From: Botryllus schlosseri
Lineage: Eukaryota
Assembly (NCBI GenBank): GCA_051294905.1
Contig: CM119373.1
Coordinates: 6,572,001 to 6,636,000, forward strand
Length of the DNA stretch: 64,000 bases
Reading direction: 5' to 3'
How positions within the stretch are numbered: the stretch's first letter is position 1; each line of letters starts with the position of its first letter. This document shows, in pieces, positions 12,262 to 24,290 of the stretch. The translations under genes were made by a program, and so were the position numbers. The notes below the pieces were generated by a model. That model searched no databases. It worked only from the letters and a program-made list of their open reading frames with translations, and was not told the DNA's origin.

Positions 12262-15200
12262 CAAGGCCCGAACTACTGCTATCTCCGGCTAAGCAAATTC
12301 GCGTGATTCCCATGCGCAGATGCATTGTGGGTAGGTACACGGTTAAGTGATTTACTACATGGGCTTATGGAAAAGCGGTCAGTTTTTAAATATATTTGAT
12401 TCGTATCGGGTCCGTAGTATTTTATGCGTATAGAGCTTTGAATGACTAATTATTCTAACACTCAGGATTTGTTTCAGCCTAATATCTCGTGTCAGTATAT
12501 TGATATTATGTGTAATTCGACCTGTCGAAGATAGCCCATTCATCAGGTGGTAGTGGTAGTCTTTGCTGTGTCGGGGTTGGTGCAGTAAATGGCCGAAGAA
12601 GATATCCAATGAGTCGTATGCAAGAAGTATTTGTGACGGCAGTTGTGATGAAGAGTCGATAGTAAAGCGTCGATACCCCAGAACTTTTTACCGGTAAGTG
12701 AATAACAGAATAAGCATAGCAGCAAGACATGTATGTCCAGATCTGCCACAGTTGTAATAAATAGGTCATGGTAAAGTGATAGCAGAACATTTCGTTGCCG
12801 CTAAATGAATGAAATGACCAGACCAGACTACCAGCAGAAATCCGTGTCAACATATCAGCTATGTAATGTTCATCATCAATATCTGTAATATTCTGTAATA
12901 ATGCCAATCTCACTCTTCGTATTTCGGCCAATAATCTGCTTAGTATTTAATTCTGGCTTATGCTATGTAGGCATGATGAGCAGGACTACAGGGAAAAGAT
13001 ACAATTCATGACCAATGGGTTTTCTTCAACATAGCTAAAAAAGGATATCTTTTTCAGATGATAAACAAATACTGTGGAATTTGCAAATTCCATCGTCGAG
13101 TTCATCTACAAATTCCATCGTCGAGTTCATCTACATAGTCCTCATAGTGTTGTTCGAAACTGTCAATTTATTTATTCAGACACATTTTTCAAGGTTTACC
13201 TTTGAACTGCTTTAGCTTTAGAAGGCTGCCTCAATCTTGAATACAATAGCCTATGGAGTGAAAAGTGACAGATAATTTTATCAGACAAGATATCACAGCT
13301 CATAACAAAGAATTGTATTTCGTGTGCTTTGCTTCATACAATGCTCCGTATAATGCAGCATTCCTACTAATGAATCGCTGAAAGGAAGATGGTTAGAAAA
13401 CATTAAAAGAAAAAACTGGGTTCCATCAAGATCGTCAGTCATCTACTCCGATCATTTTCCGGTAAGTGCCATTTACCGTGTGGGCCAGTTGATACGTTTC
13501 AGGGAGAATGCGGTGCCAACGAGATTTCTGAACTCTCCGAAATATACGAGGTCAAAGGTACAGTAGGCATCTATAAATTTACTTCTAAAGTTTGCCTTTG
13601 TTGATGTGAAATTCTTGAATTTTAGGCTTCCAACAAACGGCAAGCGAGACTAGCAACACTTCAAGATAAGAAACGTCATTGTAAAGCACAAACCGGTGAA
13701 GCAGTTGTCCATGACCACAGTTACTGTGCACGTACCTCTCCTCAAAAGCTCATTCAACAGCAACGCCGTAGAGTGGTACAAATTAAAAAGAGGTTGCATG
13801 CTGCCAAAATGCGGACAGGCCACCTGAGAAAAAAAGTGAAAACTCTATATGAGGTCATTGCATCTCTAAAAAAAAAATGATCAGCGATTTGTATGGAGAA
13901 GTAATGTCACAAAAATTCTGTCTTCTACCAAGTGAGCTGTTGCAGCGCATGAAGCTACAAGCTGGTGGAAGAGGAGTCAAATACTCTAAAGAACTGCAAT
14001 CATTTGCAATGACGCTGCAGTATTATTCTGCTGAACTGCAATCATTTCCAATGACGCTGCAGTATTATTCTGCTATTTTGTGCGTCAAAATTTTCAACTC
14101 GCTCTTCCCCATCCGAGTGTGATAAGAAGCTAGTATGGAAAACTTCCTGCTGAGCCTGGCTTTACTGGTATTGCATTTTCTGCTACAAGAGGAAAAGTAG
14201 AGGCATCAACAACTCCCGCAGTGGGGTGGCCTTCCACGTCACTGTGCCGCGACAAAAAAGGAGGTCTATTAAATTGCAAATGCGATCAGAATGGGTTAGT
14301 TTATTGTACCAAGATCTCAGATATTAAGCCCTAACTTATCCCACATTTTACTTTCAGTTCACCCGCAATTACGTCGAGGGCGACGTCAAGTCAATAACAA
14401 TTTAATTTATTTCTGTTTTTATTTTTTTATGTTGTTATTTTAATAGAAAAATCATTCAAACCTCGCGTTTCTCATTCAAACCTCGCGTTTCTCATAACTG
14501 AAGCTGGTGTTACTGAAAACGAAAGTTTTGGTACGAGACAGTACAGCGCGGTATTTCCTGTGATCCCAGAAATGGTTGATCGAAAGTCAGGTTGGAATGC
14601 TGCGTCTATTAGGGAAGGAAGGGATCAGGTAGGCAGCAACCGCGTGATCCCAGAAATGGTTCATCAGAAAACGCACTAGGTAGAAATGCTTCATCTAGCA
14701 GGCAAGGAAAGGATCATAGGCAGCCACTACGTGATGCCTGGCTGATCTGATATATTGACCTTGCTTTCCGTCGCATGCCATATTTTTTTGTCGCTTGATC
14801 TTATATGGTATCTTAGTTAGAACTATTAGTTTTCATCCAGCGTACCCTGTAAATGCCTCCTCTTTACTTTGCCTAGGCCCAGGTGGGTGTAGATTACCTC
14901 AGGCCGTTGCGTTACCTTGCTATCTTTTCATCGATGATTAATCTGATTAAGTCAATTTCAGTGAGCACTAGGCAATTCTACCCTGATCTGAATATGGACT
15001 CGTGCATTCATCTTGTAATTCTTGTTTCTCTCATTCGATGATATAAATATAATATTTCTATCATTTGATTACCTCTGCAGAAATCGCTAACCCATATTGC
15101 TACACATAACTCACATATCCTCACTTCAACTTTCTAGGATTTATTTGGACCAATTTGACACAATGAATAAGTAGAATAAAAATTAGATCGTATAAATTTG

Positions 15201-16011
15201 ATTGTAGTTGTGCTTTTGCGATGTCACATGATGCTGAATTTTCCTCCGTCAGTGGTATTCATAGCCACTACGTAGCTGGCAGCAATAGCATTGACATCAG
15301 CGCCATTGTAGTGAGAAGATTTCGAATCGAATCCAGGGCGATTCTGAGGCAGTCTCTGGTAGTAACTTGAAGCTGGTGGTCATAGCCATAGATGCTTTTA
15401 CTACCGTACCTATAGATACAGTGCCTGAAAGATAACAACAAAACTGACATGCAATGCAATCAGTTGATAGCTTGGTTAATTATTTACACTTGAAATGTGC
15501 CTGTTTGTTGTTTTCAAGATTTGTAATAGTAAATTGTTTGTTGTTTTTCAAGATTTGTAATAGTAAATTACAGTGTGTGCTTGTATCAACAATTCGAGGA
15601 CGCAGTACATGAAACTGAAGCTATAATGCGTAAGAAGACAACATCAGCAAGCTCCATTAGGATTAATGGCATCATATCTAAATCAAATTGCCATACACAG
15701 TAGCCTACCTGAAACTGAAGCTGTATAGGGATAAAGAAGACAACATCACCAAGCTCCCCGAGTTTAGCAATCTACATCAGGAAGATATTTGCAAATGAAT
15801 ACATACGGTGACACATATATAACCTTATCTTGTCCGAACCATCGAAATTAATACCTCCAGGCCAAGGAGTAATCAAAACAGTCACATCACCCATCCACTT
15901 TTGCCTTGACTACCAGCTTAACGCGCAGCTATCAACTTAACCCAAAGATGGCGGCCAATGGATCACGCAAATATCGCGAGTAGCGCACTCCAGTGTTTAT
16001 ATAGCTCAGTG
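12262..16011 (+). mobile_element. P-element-like insertion (THAP9-type remnant) splitting virus-like copy A
   Basis: 8-bp TSD gtacgggt at 12254-12261 and 16012-16019; the viral frame H-P-Y-A-F is restored on removal. CA...TG ends. THAP remnant 'WLENIKRKNWVPSRSSVIYSDHF...NAVPT', a DHSY motif, and 'YSKELQSFAMTLQYYS' at ~13300-14150. Confidence 0.85.
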
Positions 16012-16660
16012 GTACGGGTGCCTTAGTGTTGTCCGATAATCCTTTATCCTAAAGTAGCGGTACATTTTTAACGGATTGAATCCTCTTTCAGAGTCCCACG
16101 GCCAAACTCATTTTCTTTTTTTTGTTCTTGAACGCGCTCGACGTTGATCCCGTTTCGACTGGTAATGCGAAACATTCTTCACGGATACCACTTTCTCTGA
16201 AGTGACCGTCACCATATGTGTCCAGCTGTCCACCCACTCGTGATCGATCTGGTTAGGCGCCGTTGTGGTTCCCGTTTCTTTTTTCGTGCAAAACTTTGCG
16301 ACCTCATTGATTTTTATTCTGTACTCTGCTGTTTCCGTTCCCTTCCAGAGAAACCCTGCCACTGTATGAACTCCCGTGCCCCCAGCGCCGCCTCCGGAGC
16401 TCCGCACAGTTGGCTCGCTCCCAGCAAAGCCCCCCATCTTGCCAATCGTGCTGTCCGCCGCCATGGTGACCCTTTTTCCTTCGCTATCCGGTGTAATTCT
16501 TTTTGGCTCGGTCTCTCCGGTCTCTGGTGTAGCCCCTTGTTTAGTAGGCCTCCCGCGCTTTCGTTCGCCACTTGTTCCAGTTCTGGACTGTGAAACGCTA
16601 CTGTCGCTAGGAATATTCTCTCCTCGCCACTTGTTCCTGCTCCTTCAGTTGCTTCTTTTT
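16012..16660 (-). mobile_element. Virus-like element copy A, proximal part (Gly-rich start of the capsid-like domain and overprinted ORF)
   Basis: 'MAADSTIGKMGGFAGSEPTVRSSGGGAGGTGVHTVAGFLWKGTETAEYRIKINEV' is homologous to copy B 23229 onward. Frameshift from a short tggaca duplication near 16225. Upstream boundary approximate. Confidence 0.9.
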
Positions 16661-16814
16661 TTCTTTTTTTTTTCTTTTTGAAGCTCAGTTGTTGCCAATA
16701 GACATGCCATTATCCTCTTGGGATCAGGCTAGTTTGGTTCTCGGTTCGCTCGGATATACACCTGTTTCAGCAGGTTGTTGTCTGGTCTGTCAGTTTTCAT
16801 CATTGCTTCCCCAT

Positions 16815-19800
16815 AACATACACATATATATACACATACACATATTACAACATATATACACATACATGCGCACATATCCATACTTACATACATATAATGG
16901 CCTCTTTATGGTTTCATGGGCCCGCTACATACTCATATGCACGGAGGGGAGGATGCTGCGCATTTACGCTAGTACAGTCAGGAGTCTATCTAAAATCATT
17001 GGAAGTTGGCCTTTTAGGCGGAGTCTTGATCTCGCCGTGTTCATGACACGTTTGGTTGTGGAGTTTATGTACACGGTTATGTCGCTTTCCATTTCATTTT
17101 CCACTTCCAATATAATTCGGTTTTGTATTACTGTTTCTTTGTATATGGTCACGAGGAGTTTCGTTGCGAGATTGTTCTTGTCCCAGTTCTTTTCTTCAAG
17201 GAGTGTTCCGCTTAGGGATGCCCTAGCTCCCGTCGCTTGTCTCAGGGATGTTTCTAGTCGATCAAGTATCTGACGAGCAATTGGGCATGTATACAGGATG
17301 TGGTCTAGTGTCTCTTTTTTACATCCACATTGTCTGCATGATGTTATAGCAGGTTTTCCAGTTTTATGTCCTAGTATAGTCTTTTGTTTTCTCTTCCAGC
17401 CGAATAGGTATCCGTCGCAGGCGATACGGTATGTTGTAACTCTTTCTTTGTTTTTGATCAGGCCGGATACGTATCTGTTTTCATTGCAAGTGATTTCCAA
17501 TTGATTTCATTGTTTCCTTGTTGGTCTGTATTCCCATGTATATTTTTGATTTCATTGTATATGTCTTTTAGTGACGCTGTTTGCCAGTCTTCTTGTTCCC
17601 AATTTAGCTTTTCGGCAATGCTTATATTCATTTTCCATTGGTTTGATAGAAGTGTGCGGTGTGGCATGCTATTTGTAAAGAGTGGGTCGTTCTATTTCCT
17701 GATCGTGGGCCCAAGCTCGTATAGGGCGTGGAAGTGCCTATACTCCGTTGGATGTTCTATTCTCGACAGTTTTGATATTTTTTCCAGCTCACATGCCTTG
17801 GCCTGGCTTTGGGGGTGTAGGATGTTCATTCCGCCTTCTTCTGGTTTGTTGTTCTTCTGATTATCTCTATTTTTTCAGGATGCCAAAGATATCTGAAAAT
17901 CGTTCTCATGAGGCGTGCTGTAAATTCTGGCGTGGGAGGTATGGTCCTTGCATGTAGGGTTATAATTGAGGAAGCGAAGGAGTTTATTACGTTCTTTTTT
18001 CCCATCCACGTGAGCTGACGGTGGGAGTTGCTCATTAGCTTTCCTTCGATTTTCTTTATGACGCCCTCCCATGTTTCGTTTACCTGATCGTGTCCAAAGT
18101 GCTGTCCTAGTATCTTGATGCTTTTAACGAAGTTTCCTTTGAATTTTTGTTCTCTTATGTGGTCTAACGCAGGGGTCGCCAACTCAAAATAGGTCGCGGG
18201 CCACTTTTCCAAATTCCTGGAGGCCGCGGGCCGCATGACATCAATATCGATATAAAAGTAGGCAACGCAGTTCAACAACCACGTCTGATAACTCTACGGT
18301 ATTACAACGCTGTGCTTTCTAACATAGGCGACGGTTATAGTCACCACAGAAAAACTAATATTTTATTGAACAAACACAAATACAACAAAAAGTATCATGA
18401 TCATCAATGTCATTATATTTTGGACTATGAGCTGTACACGATACCTGACAATGACAACACTCTTTAGCCGCTAAAACAGGGGTGGCCAACATTTTTGTAA
18501 TTCACGGCCGCATTTCGCGTACTCATGTAGCCTGCGGCCGCATACCGGTGGTTAGTCGTGATACACTAGCTGGGGCCAAATACCCACGTTACCATGTCCA
18601 TGTCCATTGCCGGTACACTCCGAACTAATCTATATGCACATATCGGCTTACTATGCGCACCAAATCGTTAGTAGTTATGTTGTAAAGAGCCACAGAGAAC
18701 CAATCTGTAGTCGCGCGAAGCGCGAAAAATTTTTCATGTTCATGAGTGAATTTCGTCAATAAATATTAGTATAGTTTCACATATTACTATAAAATATTTA
18801 TCCTTTATCGGCCAATGTGTTCAGATCCCCAGATACAGCTGATATGCAGGGGGTATCTGCGAAAACTTAGGGTTGTTATTACAAGTGTCGACAGCCGCAT
18901 AATTTTCCTTCTACTGCTGCAGATTGGCCACCCATGGATTGAAGAATCAATATTGGGGTTAGCTATACACGGTAGGCCTACTTGCTAGACAACTATCTCC
19001 TCGTAAAGCATGGTTTTTGGAGCGCCCGAAGTCGTTTTGCAGGCGTCTCGGTCTTGGCAGTGGTGGGCCATTGCACGTCAAGGCAATATGTCCATTCGTA
19101 CCAGCAAATTCTTCATCCATGGAATGATATTACCATGCCGAAGCCGTATCAACTAGTGAGTAATAGTGATAGTGGGCACATAGAATGGCTCACTTTGAAA
19201 AACAACAACATTATGTTTCAACTGCAATCAATTTTAGCGTTTCAACATGATTTACTAAGCGTTTTTCTGCATTTTTTTCAAATCAGGTCGCGGGCCGCAA
19301 AATAGGACCTCGCGGGCCGCATGCGGCCCGCGGGCCGCGTGTTGGAGACCCCTGGTCTAACGTGTTCCCGATGCACAGGATCTGAGTTTTTTCTTTGTTT
19401 ATTTTTTGCCCTGTGGCTTTTTCGAGGTATTCAAATTCTTCGTACGCTCTCTCGATCGACTCCAGCTTTGTCGTGATGATAGTGAGGTCATCGGCGTATT
19501 GCTGTGTCTTCATATTGTGTTTGCCAATTTTACATCCTGTTATGTTTTTGTTCCCCAAAATTTTGATCATCAGGGGTTCCGCTGTCAGGGTGTAGAGATA
19601 CATCGATAGTGGACATCCTTGTCTCAGCCCTCTTTGGATGGGGATTTTGTCTGTGATGAATCCGTTTATCCAGATGCAGCTTGTGGCATTGTCATATAGT
19701 TTTTTAATCAATTTTATTGTTTTGGTTCCGAAATTGAATTTTTCCAATATTTGGAATATTTTTCTAATATTAGGAATATATATGGGTGAGGGACACGGTC

Positions 19801-22029
19801 AAAGGCCTTTTCCTGGTCAAAGTTTGCTATGATGATTGGCTGTTTCTTTTCTTTCTGGTATTCCATTACCGATTTTATATTCCGTAGTAGATCTGACATT
19901 TGCTTCGATGGGACAGCGCATTTTTGTTGGGGGGATATTAGATGGTCAATATTTTCTTTCATTCTGTTCGTTACGATTTTCATCATGATCTTATAGTCGA
20001 CATTTGTCAGGGAGATAGGTCTCCAATTCTTCAGCATCTCGGGATCTCCCTTTTTGAATATGAGGTTCACTGTTGAATCCGTCCATGTATTGGGCATGCT
20101 GTTTAGGAGTAGAGCGTTGTTGTATAGTTGGACTAATTCATCCTTAATAAGGTAGTAGAAGGTAGAGTAGAACTCTGACGATAGGCCGTCTGGCCCGGGG
20201 GACTTAAGTCTTTTTTTGTTGCTCGATTGCATATTTTATTTCCTCTTCTAGGATTGGCAGGTCTTGTTGCTCATGCTGTTCTTTACTTAGGAGTTCCACT
20301 AGGTTTTTTTGCATCTTGGCATTTGTGTTTTCATTCATTTGCCAAAGTTCTTGGTAGAAGGAGTAGACTTCTTGTATTATTTCTTCTTTGTTTTCTGTTA
20401 TGGTCCCGGATCGTTTTTGTACTCGGGCGATTGATTTCCGTTGTTGCTTTGTTTTTAGTTTTTCAAAGAATTCACGGTTTGGCTTCTCGTCCTCTTCTAG
20501 CTCTTCCCTGTATAGCAGTTTCATTTGGTGGTGTAGTTTGTCTTTTTCCATTTTCTTCAGGTTTTTTAGGATGGTTTTTCTCTCATTTGAGGGCAGGTTC
20601 TTTGATGCGAGTTGTTGATGGAGTGTGTTCTCTTTTTCTTTTTGTTTTCGTTTTTCCTCTATCCCGAAAGAGATGGCAGTTTTTTTATTTATTTTTGTTT
20701 TAAAATCATCCCACCACTGTGCGTGGTTGGGGTATTCTACTTTCCTCAGTGCGGCTTCTTCATATTTTGATTCCAGTATTTTCCTGAATTGTTTCTTAGC
20801 ATAGTGGGTTGTATTATTTTTCCAGTTGCCGCCACCCCATTTCTCCGGGTCTTTTGGCTTTACGATGATTCTGAGGTAGTAGTTGTGGTCTGATATTCCG
20901 TTTATATGATGCTTGACTGATGTCCTCGAGCGGGCTATTTCTTGAGTGGTATAGACCCTATCTATTCTCCTTGAGTTGAGATTGTTTGCATTTGTATACA
21001 ATCTTGTAAATGGATAGTGCCATCTGTATAGGTCTATGATGTTTTTCTGCATTGTATATTCCTTCCAGATTTTTGCTGCTTCAGATAGTTTGAAGGCGTG
21101 ATGTTTTTCGCTATCTTCTTTGGCCGTAATCATATTAAAGTCCCCCGCTATAATCATATTTCCATGGTACAGTTGAAGGTTATGCGTTACTTCCTTGTAG
21201 GAGGTCTTTTTTCTTTGTTATTGGTTGGCGCATATATATTTACTATGGTTAGTCTGACCTCGTTGTTGGCGCTGAGGCTTAGGGTCTGGACCCTGTCTGG
21301 CACAATGATTTGGTGGTCAAGGGTATAGTCTCTCACTTTTTCTTTTTTTATAAGAATGGTGGTTCCCTTGTAGTAGTGTTTGTCTCCGGCCTGGTGTGGT
21401 TCTGAATTGAAGTTTTTGTAGTATGGGAGATCGTTATTATTAGCCCATAGTCTAAATTTCCTTTCATGTAGGCGGTGGACTTCTTGGACGCAGTATAAGT
21501 CCGCTTTTGAGCTCGTCACGAAGTGTCTGAATTCGTCCCAGCGTCTCTGTATACCATTTACATTTATGGAGATTAGGTTACATCCAAGAACTCCCGTTTG
21601 TTGATTTGTTTCTTCTGGAGGTTGGGTAGGGGTTTGGCCTTCCATTTCAAGGTAAAAAAGGGGTTTGCGTTGCTTTCTTCTTTTATTTCGTATGTTTTGA
21701 TTTTTTTCTCATCTATTTTTTTGTATTTTTTTTTTTTGTCATTTTTTCCTTCCTCGGGGCTGCTGTGGTAGGCTCTCTTTGGCCTTGGGGTATTTTTGTT
21801 TTTTTTTTTGTTCTAATGGGATGGGGTTGCAATCCAGATGCTTGAAAATCTCGACTTGGAGGGGTTCCGATTCCGTTTTATGTACACTTGATACTCTTTT
21901 CCCTCTATTTCTGTTTCTTGGGGGGATTTTGGGGGGTTCCGAGGAGTCAGATGGTTCAGGATCATGCATTTTTGAGGGGGTTTTGTTTTCTGCTGAGCCC
22001 TCTGGGTTTAATTAAGTCTTCCTGATTGG
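16815..22029 (-). mobile_element. L1/Tx1-clade LINE, 5'-truncated within ORF1, ORF2 frameshifted
   Basis: APE endonuclease 'LISINVNGI...YCVQEVH', 'IIAGDFN', 'RRIDRVY'; RT 'KSPGPDGL', 'NWRPISLTNVDYK', 'DQEKAFDRV', 'GLRQGCPLS', 'QYADD'; C-terminal 'CRQCGCKKETLDHILYTC'; (TATG)-like 3' tail at ~16815-16895. Confidence 0.95.
18170..19354. mobile_element. Non-autonomous hAT element inserted in LINE ORF2
   Basis: TIRs caggggtcgccaac / gttggagacccctg. 8-bp TSD gtctaacg at 18162-18169 and 19355-19362. LINE frame (GNTLD|HIREQ) rejoins on removal. Confidence 0.95.
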
Positions 22030-24290
22030 AAGGATGGAGATCGAGAGGGGCAAAATTAAGAGCGGAGGCGGAGGCAGCAAGAATAGAAAGAGAGAAAGGA
22101 TGGACACACGCATTCGCAACAGCGAGAAGGAGAGAATACGATGCAATACATACACCAGTGAGGGATCATCTTGGAATACCAGGAATGCAACATTTCCTGG
22201 AAGCATTGGGATTAATAGGCGAAACGAACATAGATAATGTAAAAGAAGCAACATACAAATGGGCAAAGTCAAAAATCGAAGAACTGAAAACAGCACTGGG
22301 AGAAGACACAATGGTGGGACAACTAGTGGACGAAATGTTTGTAGTGGATAGTACAGGACAGTCCGACTGGCATGACCTAGAAAATTACAGACAATCAATC
22401 ATGGACATAGTAAATCCAGAAAGATCAGCAGAAGAAAGAAACGAACTAAATCAAGAAGAGTTAGGAGAAGGAGTAACAGAAACGAATAAATATGGGACAG
22501 GAATAACAGAAGAGATCGAGAATGAAGAAGAATACATATACAGTGATGAATCAGATACAGAATTAGACCAAGAAGAGCTGGGAGCGGGAGTAACTGAAAA
22601 TGACCCAGAGGGAATAACAGATGAGATAGAAGAAAGAGAAATAGAAGAATTCGAAGAATACTGTGACATGAGATTATCGGAAGTGGAAAGTGAGAATAGA
22701 TATGCACAGCAGTGGGCGCAATACGAAACGGCAGTAGAGGAAGCATTCAACAGATTTCAACAAAGACGTCATGAACAAAGGGGAACACCAATAATGCAAT
22801 GGCAAATACCGGGCACGAGAAGGAGATGGGAAGGGTTAGGAAGAGCATTGAGAGTGGCGATACCTAGGAAACGTAATAGAAGGGGGTGGATAAAGGACAG
22901 ACCAGGGTATTGGATGAGAAAAGACGGGAAAATAGAAAAAAGAAAAAGGCGACTGCCTCTAGAATGTATAAATATCGCGAACGAGCGGAGAGCTGCCAAA
23001 AGAGCGAGAGATGCAGCAGGAGAAGGAGCAACAACAGAAGGAGAGCCAACAGAAAAAGCCGGAAGAGTTGAGAGCAGCGTACCTAGCGACACTGGTACTA
23101 CACAGCCCAGTACTGGAGGAAATAGCGAACGAAAGCGCGGGCGGGATTCTGAGTCAGAACGTGGGGAAGAGACCGGAGAGACTATCCCAAAAAGAGTTAC
23201 ACAAGAGAGCAAAGAAAGAAGGGTCGGAATGGAGGCGGACAGCTCGGCTAGCAAAATGGGGGTTGCTTTTGGGGGCGAGCCAAGTGTTAGGAGCTCCGGA
23301 GGTAGCGGAGGCGGCGCTGGTGGGAGCGGTGGCGCTGGGGGCACAGGAGTGCATACGGTGGCGGGATTCTTGTGGAAGGGAACAGAAACCGCCGAATATA
23401 GAATAAAGATAAATGAAGTGGTGAAATTTAAAACAAAAAAAGAAATAGGAACAACTGCAGCGGGAAATCAGATCGACCACACATGGGTGGACACGTATGG
23501 AGACGGACATTTTAGGGAGAGCGGAATAAGAAAAGAATGTTTCGCACTACCAGCAGAAACGGGAAGCACAGCAAGTGCGTTCAAAAATAAAAAGAGAAAA
23601 AGGGTTTGGCCATGGGATACCGCGAGGGGATTCAATCCACTGAAGATGTATAGGTACTTCAGGATAAAGGATTACCGAACAACATTAATGCATCCATATG
23701 CCTTCACACCAAGACCGAAAAAAATGACAACGTCATATGTATACAACGAAGAAGGGCATCTACAAAGCTCAGTGACCAATACAGACGGAGAATTTACAGG
23801 AAATAATGGGCCACCAATGATGTGGCTAAATGAATGGACGGATAAGGACAAGTCAACGCCATTGACAGGATGTACAAAGGACACTGTAATAGAAACATAC
23901 TTACCTGTAGAGAGTACAAACGACACAATTGCAGCGACAGAAGAACCAGAATTATTCATACTGGAGCAAGAAGGTGGAACAAAAAAAGCATTTGGATACG
24001 GGTCATGCTCTAGAAAACATGAAATGAAACTAGAGAAATCAATCTCGGTAGTGGACAGTTCAGAAGACGCAAATCAACTACTTCAGGACAGCGAAGGAAG
24101 CCCGTGGATGCATGTTACAGACTGGCCAAAGTGGAGAAGCCAAAACTATTACAGCGGACTAAGCGTGTGTACTCAAACATGGCCGAATTGGACAGGACTA
24201 TCAACCATGACGGTCGACATACCAAGATCGCGCGAAATAACTGTAGAGTTTAAAACTCTAGCTAGCGCGGAATCGCATGGTGTCGCATAA
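22030..24290 (+). CDS. Distal ~753 codons of the 905-aa large ORF; C-terminal 353 aa (from ATG 23229) is a probable single jelly-roll capsid domain
   Basis: Uninterrupted frame. Acidic tract, then Arg/Lys-rich tract and RKRGR, then a Gly-rich stretch, then a beta-rich region with 'MYRYFRIKDY' and terminal 'ITVEFK', reminiscent of ssDNA-virus capsid strands. Capsid identity is by resemblance only. Confidence 0.6.
23011..23406 (+). CDS. Overprinted 131-aa ORF in an alternative frame of the large ORF
   Basis: Homologous open frame in divergent copy A (16314-16571 and upstream) with a stop at the equivalent position (NIE* vs STE*). Identical in copy C (40957-41352). Confidence 0.65.
   Translation: MQQEKEQQQKESQQKKPEELRAAYLATLVLHSPVLEEIANESAGGILSQNVGKRPERLSQKELHKRAKKEGSEWRRTARLAKWGLLLGASQVLGAPEVAEAALVGAVALGAQECIRWRDSCGREQKPPNIE

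Noticed and set aside
22012-23959. Many minus-strand Leu/Phe/Ser-rich ORFs over the virus-like copies and plus-strand ORFs over the LINE
   Set aside because: These are shadow frames produced by the A-rich coding strand, with no independent motif.
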